A DNA stretch of 64,000 nt from Naegleria gruberi (lineage: Eukaryota), in the NCBI GenBank assembly GCA_000004985.1, contig GG738865.1; one strand, 5' to 3'. Shown in pieces: positions 11,201 through 20,811 of this stretch. Each line of letters opens with the position of its first letter. The first letter of the stretch is position 1. Both the position numbers and the translations under genes were made by a program. Under the pieces are notes generated by a model. The model saw only the letters and a list, made by a program, of their open reading frames with translations. It ran no database searches and had not been told where the DNA came from.

Positions 11201-12220
11201 TTTAAGCAAAAGTAGTGAAGTATATCGATAGACCAGAAATCCTGAATTGGTATTGACAGCTTTCTCATATGCAGCATTTTCAATTAACATGTAATCTCCC
11301 TTGACTTGAGTTCCCAAACAATTTTGTTGGATATTGACAGCCATTAGAATACTAAAGAATGAAACATCAAAAAAGATGTAATTGTAAGCTCTACATCCTC
11401 TAATATTCATATAAAGTGAAAGTCCATTGAACACAACAAGTTGTAGATCAGCTCTCTGTGTTTCTCCTATAATTGGAAATCCACCCTTTTCTTCACAAAA
11501 TAATGCTGAAAGCACATTAACATTATCCATAGATTGAAACGTTACAATGTACACTAGATTCTGTTTAGTTGGTGTAACAATTGATGAATAGCATTCAAAC
11601 ACATCATTCAGTAAAACAAATTTAACAGAAACAGCTCTACTCAATCCAGTATTTTCCAAAAAAGAAGAATAGTTCTGATGAAGAATGTAATCCAAAGAAT
11701 CGAGAGCATGTTGAATAGTTGCACATGGAGTATCCACTGAACGACCACAAACCTCCTCTTTGGCACTTTTTTCAAGTTTTGAATCGACATAGAATGTAAT
11801 CAATAAATTAGAATTTTGATAGACGGCTAATTGTTGTGTAAAAACCTTGTAGGCCTGTGAATTGATCCAGCGCTGATTGTTGGATTTGACACCCCGATGG
11901 TGGTGAGGTTTCGAATTGCCACCATTTGTTTTATAAAATTCTACATTTTCCATAGATAGTGATGGTATTGTAAATTGAGCCTCTCGATTATTGATGAGTT
12001 TGTAGTTGGTATTATTGTTAAAAGTGTAAGGAGTTCTTTGATTTGGACTTGTGCTCCATTCCGAAACCAATCTTGTTGATGAATATTCGTGATGAAAAGT
12101 TGTTGTTGTTGTTCCTGTTGGTGCTACTACTGTCAGTGTTGATGCTGTTGTAGTTTCAATTTGACACACAACCCACAAGACAATCAACAACAGTAACAAA
12201 ACTGTAAACGACAACTTCAT
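8258..12220 (-). CDS. receptor-type TKL serine/threonine kinase: signal peptide, PMP-like parallel beta-helix repeat ectodomain, one TM, cytoplasmic kinase. Three exons, approximately 12220..9253, 9213..8873 and 8821..8258.
   Basis: ATG at ~12220 gives MKLSFTVLLLLLIVLWVVCQ (signal peptide). The ectodomain has GGAI/GGAL-type repeats (GGAGGAIFIDLAYS, SGGALYIGSL, MGGAIFLC, KKGGAIAYI) like polymorphic-membrane-protein beta-helices. The TM segment is WLIVSIVVPVTILAFVMGLLISLLIYFIL. Intron 1 is ~9214-9252, GTAAGT...TTTTAG; splicing it gives IGEGGNGVVYLGKWRNIKVAIK (Gly loop plus VAIK). Intron 2 is ~8822-8872, GTACGT...TATAG; splicing it gives HRDLKPGNILLNDH. DFG and APE motifs follow (CDFGLVRL, LMYLAPE). 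Confidence 0.8.
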
Positions 12221-12324
12221 TATGTTGTGTGAAATTTTTTTGAATACTAATGAAATGTCTGTGCGACATGCAACAGTTGATGAAAAGATTCTCAAATTAA
12301 GAAAGTATTTAATACAGTTAAGAT

Positions 12325-13769
12325 TCAGTCAAAAATGATTGTAATATCAGATAATTTTCCAATTTGGGTGGCTTCTTTGAGCTTGGTGAAAAAGTGAATT
12401 AGACTTGACTTTGGTTTCACAATAATATAAATTGCTGTATATCCTGCTGATACGTGGTCCAGTTTAAATCCACTTGGAATGTCCAATTCAAATAATGTGT
12501 CTCCTGTATTACCTCTAGATTCAATATATTGTCTATTTGGGGAAACAATCATGAGTGATAAATTGGAGGTGCAAAGAGATGATCCTGCATACTTCTTATC
12601 TTGCTTTATAAGTTCTGGCTCGCCCTTTGAGAGCTGATAGAGACTATCATTTTCTATTATAAATTGTCATTGTAAATAGTGAAATATTTTGCATACATAC
12701 TCAACACATATGATCGGTAATTGAATTTACAAACTCCAACATCAATCCAATCATGAATACTAGCATTTAGTTCGACTTGTTGGAAACTACTGATTGTAGC
12801 ACTATCTCCAGAACCACCTTCCATCTTTCCAGACATGAAAATTCTATTATCTTTTAATAATATCAACGTATGATCATATCCTGTTTGTATTTTAGAAATG
12901 TCACAATCAAACTCATAAGAAAATGTATACTTGTTGACATTATCATTTTGTTTGATTCCGAAATTACATAATGAAGCTGATCCAGCTCCATAAATTTTCC
13001 TATTATTCACAGCAAAAACAGTAAAGAAAGTTCCTCCATCAATGTGAGTGATTTTGTAATTGGAAGGTAAATCTAGATGATCCAACGGAATATGTGTAAA
13101 ATCTCCAAATGTTCCAGACTGTGTAATCCCAGTTTGATAGAAATAATTGTGACCAGCTCCAAACAAGTACTTGTCATTAATTACTAACACCGAATGAACC
13201 CATCCTATTAAAGATTTCAATCAAACAACGATCCTTGTCAACATTTAATTCACTTGAAAACATACCACAAGCGATTTTAGTAACTCTGAAATCATGATCA
13301 ATTTTTCCCATTAGTATTAAAGGTTCCATCATTCTTAGAACATCAATCCTTTTGAAATACGGAATTGCTGAAGTATCCTCACCACATCCACACTATTATT
13401 TAAATTAAAATCGTGATGAAGATCAAAACCTACCTGAAGATAAGCATTGTATCCACAAACATATAATTCATCTTCCGTAGTAACCAAGAATACATGCGAT
13501 CTTCCACTAACCATATATTTAATTCTATTAATTATTTCCTCATATTCAACCTTTCCCAAAGTAACCGAACCATGATAAAGTCCTCTCGGTTTATCCACAC
13601 CAGTAACATCACTCCTAGCCCAACTTTCATCAAAAGCCTCCAATTTTACCAACTCTGAGATTTCATTCGCTTTGCATTCAAAGCCTAAATTTTCTCCCTC
13701 TTCTATTAAATATTTGATCATCAAAATATTAAATATTATTTGTATCATCATCATGTGATTGATCATCAA
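12325..13769 (-). CDS. RCC1-like beta-propeller repeat protein, 4 exons (introns ~13394-13434, ~13206-13266, ~12654-12700)
   Basis: Three track ORFs (13335..13769, 12657..13220, 12325..12552) join in frame when GTAGGT...AATAG, GTATGT...TTAATAG and GTATGT...TTATAATAG introns are removed. Repeats are of RCC1 type: VCGYNAYLQCGCGEDTSAIP, KIACGWVHSVLVINDKYLFGAGHNYFYQTGI, IYGAGSASLCNFGI, HTLILLKDNRIFMSG, VSAGYTAIYII. The track start at 13769 is TTG, so the true initiator is uncertain. Confidence 0.6.
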
Positions 13770-13911
13770 ACAAACCTACTCTTCTCTCCATAGAAAAACA
13801 CACGGGAACCTTTCTGTTGCGTCATCACACACAAATTTTTTTTAATAATTTTTCAAATTGAAAATTGCAATTTTTAAAATAGATTTACACACACAGAGAT
13901 GGAAATTTGTT

Positions 13912-14847
13912 TTATTCTTGCTTGGTTGCCAATTTCTTCTTTTCAATTTCAGCATTTTCCAAGGCATGCTCAGGATCTTTCAAGCCCAAAATTCCTCTCC
14001 ATATAATTCTATATAAATAAGGCAGTGTTAAATAAGGCACTGATTCCAAACACCAATACGACCAAATCTCATGAAAAACGCCAAAATTCACAGAAATTGC
14101 AACACTCAAAAGCCAGCCAGAGAAAAGTCCAACGCCAAGAATTTTACCAGACATGAACCAATCGTCACTTCCTTGATATCTGAAAAAGTGTGGCAAGACA
14201 GTGAGTAATAACCAAGTGAACCAATGAGGTGCATATCCATATAAACTATGATAAGGGAACATCCAGTAGAGATGGTTTGGTCCTTGATAGGAACACATGG
14301 AGGTGCCAATGTTTTGTAATGGAACACCAAAGAGTTTGGCCTCAGTTCCATAAGCATTTGGAGTGATTTCCAAATTTGAAGTGTCTTGTCCAGTGGATTG
14401 CAATAGAGAATGAGCTGATTGATTGTTTGTGGCCATGGTGTGTCCTCCCAATCCATAATATCCCATGAATAATGAAATAGAAGAAACTATTAAACAAATG
14501 TAACAAGCTACGAGTGTGAATCGATAGAGTGTCTTTCCTTTTAAAGTATTTCTCAAGCAATAGTAATTGTGTGAAATTGGTTGTCCCCAAATTAGCAAAT
14601 GGGCAACAATTGTCAAATATTTGTTACTATCTGTATTACAAGAATCGGTTAATCCAAAGTAATATTGTAAGAATTGCAAACTTTCCATTAGAAAGTATGT
14701 CAAATAGAGGAAAATGAGTGAAAATAGAGAACCTTTTTGTGCAAAAGTGGCATTCTTTGGAAGAGAAAGGTATCGTCTAGTTTGATCCAAAGTCATCACC
14801 AAGCCAAGGCACGAAAATACGAAAGAACTTGTCATTGACCAACACAT
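13912..14847 (-). CDS. multi-pass integral membrane protein, family not recognised
   Basis: 311-aa ORF with at least 6 hydrophobic segments and a K/E-rich C-terminal tail. Confidence 0.5.
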   Translation of the reverse strand: MCWSMTSSFVFSCLGLVMTLDQTRRYLSLPKNATFAQKGSLFSLIFLYLTYFLMESLQFLQYYFGLTDSCNTDSNKYLTIVAHLLIWGQPISHNYYCLRNTLKGKTLYRFTLVACYICLIVSSISLFMGYYGLGGHTMATNNQSAHSLLQSTGQDTSNLEITPNAYGTEAKLFGVPLQNIGTSMCSYQGPNHLYWMFPYHSLYGYAPHWFTWLLLTVLPHFFRYQGSDDWFMSGKILGVGLFSGWLLSVAISVNFGVFHEIWSYWCLESVPYLTLPYLYRIIWRGILGLKDPEHALENAEIEKKKLATKQE

Positions 14848-14999
14848 CTTTAATTGTACGACTAGTTAAGCGCGTTCAGCGAAATCAAAAACAAGTTTGT
14901 GTGTTGAGTTGTTTTTTTGATGTATTTTTAAAATGGAAAAATACAATAGCAGCAGAGCAAGCAAAAGGGAAGAATCTTTTTGTTTGAATATTCGAGTGT

Positions 15000-16706
15000 T
15001 TAATATTTTCCATACACCGCGCCAAGTGAGGAGGCATACATTGGACGCACAAAAAGTTTATTGTAAAGCTTAAGTGAATAGGAGCAAGATTTGGTCTTTA
15101 ATTGGAACCAGTGCCTTTTCATAATATTAAAAAATTCAGTAAACTCAATTTTTAATTTTTTCCATCGTGATTCCAGATCAATATTACAATACTTTTTACA
15201 ATATTCAGCCAAGTTTTTTGCCAAGGTATTCTCGGATGGTTTAGGTGCTTGGAAATTAGTCTTTTCACATCTCTTGATACAATTCAGCAGTCCATTGTAA
15301 TTTTCCGAAGTTAATTTCTTGGCCATGAGTGAACTGAATGTAATTTTCTTGGCACTGGCAAATCCTCCTGCATTTCCCATTCTCAATTCCACATATCTTG
15401 TTCTGTGATTGTCAATTTTAGTCAGGACTCTAAGGCCAACGTATGGAAATTTAACTTTTTCAGAGTTATTGGAAGAATTCATATCACATGATTTGAATAG
15501 AATGTAAGTTTCAGTCAATTCATCACCAACAAATTTTGCCTGAGTGGAACAGATAACATTGAAACTACGAGTCGAAAAGAGAGGACCCAGCAATAAATCA
15601 GCATTCAACAAGACACTTGGATACTTTTTCATTGAATTACTTGCATCTATGGACGAATAGGTGTGATATCTGAGGTTGGAAAAAGTGTAATCCAAGTGGT
15701 TGTCATAATGGAGAGCTTTGACAATATTCTCAATTGGATATTCAAAAACTCCAACATTCTTTGTTAATCTTAATTGCAACCCATCAGAATAGTCCTTATC
15801 AGATGCCCATTGTACAACTCTTCCTTTATCAAAATAGGTCATGAACCAATCAGATGAATATTCCTTTGCTAAATATTTGGATAATTTCCAATCTCTGTCA
15901 ATGACATATTTCATTGACAAGTCATCAACGGTGAGCTTGTTTGCTGAAGATTGCATTTCTTGATTATATTCATTCTTCTTCTTGTAGCACTCAATTAGGA
16001 ATCTTGGAAGAGTATTCTGCTTAATTCCCTTTTCAGTCCACTTTTTCACAAATTTATAATGTTTGTGTTGGAAGGCAACAAATGTATCCTCCAATATAGT
16101 GTGTAACATGTCACATATTAATTGTACTTCATCCATGAGTGAAGCTTGACTTGTTTCATTCGATTGGTTATTGATTGAGCTTGTTTCATCACATGATTCA
16201 GTTTTGAAAATGAATGATTGGCCAGTTTTGTGAATTTTGTAAATCTTTTCCAAGAATTGACCCAATCTTACATGATGAAACCATCTATAAGCTCTACCTT
16301 GATTTCTCATTGGTATAATCAATAAGATAATGTCAAGCACCAAGTCATTGTCAATAGATACTGATTTACCATTTCTTGAATATTTTGTAACTAAGAGATT
16401 GGACATTATCAAGGAATATTCCTTCAGAAGCAGCATCAATATCATCTTCAAGGATATTACTCGTATTGTCATCATTGTCCTCAGTAGTGGTATGTGTTGT
16501 TTGGTTTTCCTCATGTATAAATGATAACGTATCGTTGGTACTATTGACTTCGAGAGCTTCATTGTACGAAACATCAACAGGTGGCTCTGAGAGATACTTC
16601 TTTTCGAACAGTTTTCTGTGGTTTTGGACTGATTGGAAAGAGAGGTCTCTGTTTGGCAGGAGAATGGCACATAGTGGGAGTCTAATGATTGAGCTTGAAG
16701 ACATTT
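15000..16706 (-). CDS. hypothetical protein locus with a frame discontinuity: an acidic N-terminal ORF (to 16366) followed by a 556-aa ORF. Either two genes or one gene with a 1-nt frameshift.
   Basis: ORF A (MSSSSIIRLPLCAILL...EDNDDNTSNILEDDIDAASEGIF...YKIFKKW*) stops at ~16366 inside ORF B, which is in the -1 frame (..KYSRNGKSVSIDNDLVLDI..). Removing one A from the run AAGAAATGG would fuse them. No GT..AG intron that restores the frame was found. Confidence 0.4.
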   Translation of the reverse strand, partial: KCLQAQSLDSHYVPFSCQTETSLSNQSKTTENCSKRSISQSHLLMFRTMKLSKSIVPTIRYHLYMRKTKQHIPLLRTMMTIRVISLKMILMLLLKEYSLIMSNLLVTKYSRNGKSVSIDNDLVLDIILLIIPMRNQGRAYRWFHHVRLGQFLEKIYKIHKTGQSFIFKTESCDETSSINNQSNETSQASLMDEVQLICDMLHTILEDTFVAFQHKHYKFVKKWTEKGIKQNTLPRFLIECYKKKNEYNQEMQSSANKLTVDDLSMKYVIDRDWKLSKYLAKEYSSDWFMTYFDKGRVVQWASDKDYSDGLQLRLTKNVGVFEYPIENIVKALHYDNHLDYTFSNLRYHTYSSIDASNSMKKYPSVLLNADLLLGPLFSTRSFNVICSTQAKFVGDELTETYILFKSCDMNSSNNSEKVKFPYVGLRVLTKIDNHRTRYVELRMGNAGGFASAKKITFSSLMAKKLTSENYNGLLNCIKRCEKTNFQAPKPSENTLAKNLAEYCKKYCNIDLESRWKKLKIEFTEFFNIMKRHWFQLKTKSCSYSLKLYNKLFVRPMYASSLGAVYGKY

Positions 16707-17188
16707 TTTTTAATTGTGTTGATTGTTTCGGCAGGTGATTCAATTTAAAGAAACTGGTGTCTAAATGGGTTATGAAAAGATTCCTGCCACAAGCTCTTTG
16801 TTTGCATTTAAACAACAAGAGATAAGACTACAGAATGAAACAATAAGATTAGGTAAATTGGCAAAATGGATTCCTCAATCATTTTTTCGCTAAGACCTCC
16901 TATCTTCATGGTTTCGTTGCATTTTCGCTTCGTTCTTATCAGACATTCCAATAAGTGCAAGTTTACCCAAACAAAAGAAAATCTTTACAGTGACAGAGAC
17001 GAAATTGGACGAATTTGGTGCTTGATCGTAAAAGGGAAAAAAGGACGTTGAATAATTTGTAATCCATTTCCTGTAGTTGATGTTATTGTTGTAATAAAGG
17101 ACATTTGATGGTCTCTTGGTTTTGGTTGTGCTTTCCATACGTCGTATCGAATACTAATCCGAACAGTTGTTTGAATCCACAACAAGAA

Positions 17189-18901
17189 TCAAACAACATT
17201 AGATGCATTTCCAACAGTTGGCAAGTTAGTTGGTTTGTGAATTTGTCGTTGCCATTCAATTGCCAATTCACAAATTCGAGGATTAGTTCTCTTCAATCTA
17301 TCATAAACATCCAATAGAGTATGCATGGAAAGAAATTCGAGTTGAGAAAATAAATTCTGTGGCAGATTATCAGTGTGAGAGGTGTTAATTTTGTAAAGTA
17401 TTTCCTCTCTGTGAGTTGCAATATTGGGAATATTCAATTCATAGGTACTTCCTTCATTCAAATAGCTCTGAACAATGTGGAGAGCCATCTCTCTATTTCG
17501 GTTGACTTTAAAAGTTTCCACATCCTTGAAAAATAAAACACCCTCAATACAATAACTTTTTCGACTGAAATCTGTGAGAATTTCAAAAGCTTCCTTATTG
17601 TGTAAACAAAACTCAACTTCTGAATTGTACAATTCCAAATGTCCTCTATAATCTTTTGCAATTGAGTAGCAAATTGGCAAGAGAATGGTAATGAAAACTT
17701 CTAGAGTAGAGAAGGTCATCATGATTAATCCTTGAGGCACAACATGATCTAGAAAGAGTGACATGTAATTGTTTGTAGAAATGACAATATGTGTAATGAC
17801 AAATAGTACTTGTAAAATGACAAGAATAATTGCTTCCTTCTTAATGAACCATGTATCTTCGGTTTTGAAGCAAAGCATTACACAAATAAATTCCATTCCC
17901 AAATAGAAAATGTACAGCATAACTGAAATGATGGAGGGTGTCATGTTGGCATAACATCCTTTCAGACTAATCATGGATGTTTCTTTCATTAGGAATCTAC
18001 TATTTACAAAGAATGTATCCTCAATGGAAGCCAAAACAATCCAAATTATCAAATGTATCAATAAGAATCCAATAAAAACATCCACGGAAAATCTATTACT
18101 CGAAATGAGTGAATTCATTTTGAAAAGGAATTGTTCTCTCCTTCCCAATTTGTGAACACTAAGAAATTCTTGAACATTGTCGAGTCCTGTTGTTTCAATC
18201 ACTGAAATTCTCCTAGTAATGGTGTTGCCATCATCTGTGGCCACAGAGTTTTGAAATAGCGCGACTGACTTGGTCTGTTGTGGTTGTTTCTGTGTTGATG
18301 AATCTTTGAATAGTGATGAAATATTGTCAATCCCTCCAACTACTACTGGTGTCAAACCTCTCCTCTCCAATAAGGTTTGATTCTGTTCGAAATGTTGCTT
18401 TTTATACATATTGACCTTATACTTGATGAACAATCTCAATGTTCTTAAAGTTGAAGGCAATGTCAAACAGGGAGGTAACACAATAAATACCATACTAAAG
18501 AAGAAGCACGGATAGTATTCCCTCCCGACCACATATCTCAATCCAAATCCAAAAACAAATAGAAAACTACTCGACATGGTAAAGAGCATTCCAGTGAGTG
18601 TTCTAGCCTTGATGTGTCCATTATTTCGTTTCCAACACAACCCGAGAGAGCAGAGAAGAATTAGCAAGCTGTAAAACATGAGAAATAATCCAGAAGTGAT
18701 TGGTACAGAAATAATATCTGGACACTCCTCAGTGAAGGACCACTGGTCGGCATTGGAGAGAGGAACCTGTGGCATTTGGAGAATCCAATCAGGACATGAT
18801 GTATTTGTTGTTGATGAATTAGAATTATAATAACGGAATGATGAGGAAGTGCTTGTTGGGAACAGCCAATGTTCATGATTAATGGGATGAGAAAGGTCCA
18901 T
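17189..18901 (-). CDS. seven-transmembrane receptor fused to a C-terminal RGS domain (7TM-RGS)
   Basis: Seven hydrophobic helices lie between residues ~70 and 400. The C terminus has RGS-box motifs: EFCLHNKEAFEILTDFSRKSYCIEGVLFFKDVETFK...ALHIVQSYLNEGSTYELNIP...LFSQLEFLSMHTLLDVYDRLKRTNP. Confidence 0.65.
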   Translation of the reverse strand: MDLSHPINHEHWLFPTSTSSSFRYYNSNSSTTNTSCPDWILQMPQVPLSNADQWSFTEECPDIISVPITSGLFLMFYSLLILLCSLGLCWKRNNGHIKARTLTGMLFTMSSSFLFVFGFGLRYVVGREYYPCFFFSMVFIVLPPCLTLPSTLRTLRLFIKYKVNMYKKQHFEQNQTLLERRGLTPVVVGGIDNISSLFKDSSTQKQPQQTKSVALFQNSVATDDGNTITRRISVIETTGLDNVQEFLSVHKLGRREQFLFKMNSLISSNRFSVDVFIGFLLIHLIIWIVLASIEDTFFVNSRFLMKETSMISLKGCYANMTPSIISVMLYIFYLGMEFICVMLCFKTEDTWFIKKEAIILVILQVLFVITHIVISTNNYMSLFLDHVVPQGLIMMTFSTLEVFITILLPICYSIAKDYRGHLELYNSEVEFCLHNKEAFEILTDFSRKSYCIEGVLFFKDVETFKVNRNREMALHIVQSYLNEGSTYELNIPNIATHREEILYKINTSHTDNLPQNLFSQLEFLSMHTLLDVYDRLKRTNPRICELAIEWQRQIHKPTNLPTVGNASNVV

Positions 18902-19120
18902 TCTTTTTTGATTCTTTGAAACGGATAAGCATGATGAAAACCATCAAAGCCAATCTTGTTACGTAAATTCCCTTCAAATGAGCGAGATAGACAAGAACAT
19001 CATTTTGTTTTTAAAAGTTTTCTTCGAGAAGTGGCGGGTGATTTTATTTTCAAGCCGTTAAAGTTTGAAATTTTTAAAAATTGAATTTATTTGAAAAATA
19101 AATTATTTGAAAAAAAAGCT

Positions 19121-20215
19121 TCACCATGTCAAACTTGCCACCAAAGGTATATGGTCAGATGGAAAGGTAAGAGATGGTAGACACTTGTGTTCGCTAGCTT
19201 GTTCCTCTGTTATTGTGTCCAACACTCTTGTACATACAAGTTGACCAGATTTATCCTGTTGCTGACCCAAGTCCACAGTGAATATGTAATCCAATGTACC
19301 AGAAAAACCATTATTATAGTTTGTGAATGATGGTTCATTTCCTCTCACTTCACGGTAGCAAGACTTGAATTTTCCGAATGGGTTAAACATGACTTGTTCC
19401 ACTCCCTTCTTTGAATTTCCATGCTGTTGTGAAGTCTTCCCACTAGTAACAACTGATGCTTCTGTAAAGATGTTGCAGTCAGAATTGAACGACAATGGTT
19501 TGGCTGTAGGAACCACAGCTTGCCCTTCCACAATCAAGTTGTAAACTTCACTATTAGGTAAAGAGTTGAAATCTCCAGCCAATACCACAGATACTGTTGA
19601 TGAAGAGTTGTATGGCTGTATCATGTTGTAAGCTTGTTGAAGAATGTAGAACATTTGTGAAAGTTTCACTTGTGGATATTCTGGATCCCAAGCAAGATGG
19701 TTATTGATGATTAGAAGGTATTTTGATGAGAGTTTACATTGCAACAATGTCAGATTGGCAGTATCCCTTCTCCCATACATGTAATTAGTCTCCTTTCCCT
19801 TGTCTATCAAGTCAGACAAATTGGCCAAATCCAAGTCTAGGTGAGCAATCTCCACAAATCGGTCAGTCCTCCAAAAGGTAGCACAACCATTACGTTTTCC
19901 TCTCTTTTCAGTGTAAGTAGAATACATGTTCAATTTGTTATTCATCTTCTTTCTCCAATACTTTTGATAATTATCGCATTCTTGAAAACAAATAATTTCT
20001 GGCATTTCCTGATGTTGTTGTTTATCATTAGCCATTCCATAACTTTTAATTTCACGGAACAAACGTTTCCTTCTATATGACCAGCTAGTAATCATTTCAT
20101 AATTTTCAATATTACTAAAAGGTTCCATATCCAATCTTTTAGCATACATTTGTGCTAGAATATTATACGTCAAAATTGTAAATCCAACCTTTTCTCTACT
20201 ACTACTTGCTTCCAT
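19121..20215 (-). CDS. CCR4/nocturnin/angel-family EEP (endonuclease-exonuclease-phosphatase) nuclease
   Basis: Motifs FTILTYNIL, ICFQE, NGCATFW, LAGDFNS, FTNYNNGFSGTLDYIF and PSDHIPLVASL. The true start is probably MEASSS at ~20215; the track ORF extends to 20260. Confidence 0.7.
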   Translation of the reverse strand: MEASSSREKVGFTILTYNILAQMYAKRLDMEPFSNIENYEMITSWSYRRKRLFREIKSYGMANDKQQHQEMPEIICFQECDNYQKYWRKKMNNKLNMYSTYTEKRGKRNGCATFWRTDRFVEIAHLDLDLANLSDLIDKGKETNYMYGRRDTANLTLLQCKLSSKYLLIINNHLAWDPEYPQVKLSQMFYILQQAYNMIQPYNSSSTVSVVLAGDFNSLPNSEVYNLIVEGQAVVPTAKPLSFNSDCNIFTEASVVTSGKTSQQHGNSKKGVEQVMFNPFGKFKSCYREVRGNEPSFTNYNNGFSGTLDYIFTVDLGQQQDKSGQLVCTRVLDTITEEQASEHKCLPSLTFPSDHIPLVASLTW

Positions 20216-20762
20216 TCTCCTCCTCCACTTTAGCATCAGTGATGACTGCCTTCTCGTCATGATGGTTGTACAGCCATTTCCTTCCCATGCATGACGTGAG
20301 CGGGTAGGTAGTGAAGAGTTTTGTGATTTTGTTTTTTTCTTCTGGAGAAATTGCTGATGGCGCGAAATGTTGCTTCCTATTCCTTTGGTTGTTGTTGTTA
20401 TTCCTTTGATGTTGTTGTACTTTATGACTTCTTTCCTTGAGGTTGTTATTGTTATTCATCATGTTATTGGTATTATGGTGTTTCTTTTTTTGTGATGTAG
20501 TTGATAGGTTGGTATGGTTCATCGTCATTGTGTTATTATAGGATTCTTGATAATCATTTCCAAAATTTACATTTTGATAAATGTTATTGAAGAGGTAGAG
20601 AATTATTAACGTGACAAGAAAGTAGACGAAATAGTATCTCCAATTCATCATGGTTATGTCTTTCTTATTTTTGTTGCATCTATTACAATTGAGTATGACA
20701 ACTTTTAAACTGGCATTTGAAGAAGCAAAATCGAGTTTTCTCTTTTTCTTCCAATTAGACAA
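20202..20762 (-). CDS. N/Q-rich ORF with a signal-anchor; it overlaps the 5' end of the EEP gene in another frame and may be its upstream coding part
   Basis: Hydrophobic segment MMNWRYYFVYFLVTLIILYLF, then NNNNNLKERSHKVQQHQRNNNNNQRN. There is a 59-nt overlap with ORF 19121..20260. Confidence 0.3.
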   Translation of the reverse strand: MSNWKKKRKLDFASSNASLKVVILNCNRCNKNKKDITMMNWRYYFVYFLVTLIILYLFNNIYQNVNFGNDYQESYNNTMTMNHTNLSTTSQKKKHHNTNNMMNNNNNLKERSHKVQQHQRNNNNNQRNRKQHFAPSAISPEEKNKITKLFTTYPLTSCMGRKWLYNHHDEKAVITDAKVEEENGSK

Positions 20763-20811
20763 TAAATGTTTCTTTCAATTATTACTCTTTTACTGCTATA
20801 ATCTCATTAAT

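Noticed and set aside
16866-17317. Cluster of 60-82-aa ORFs between the hypothetical gene and the 7TM-RGS gene
   Set aside because: They are short, overlapping and in mixed frames within an intergenic or 3' UTR region, with no conserved motifs.
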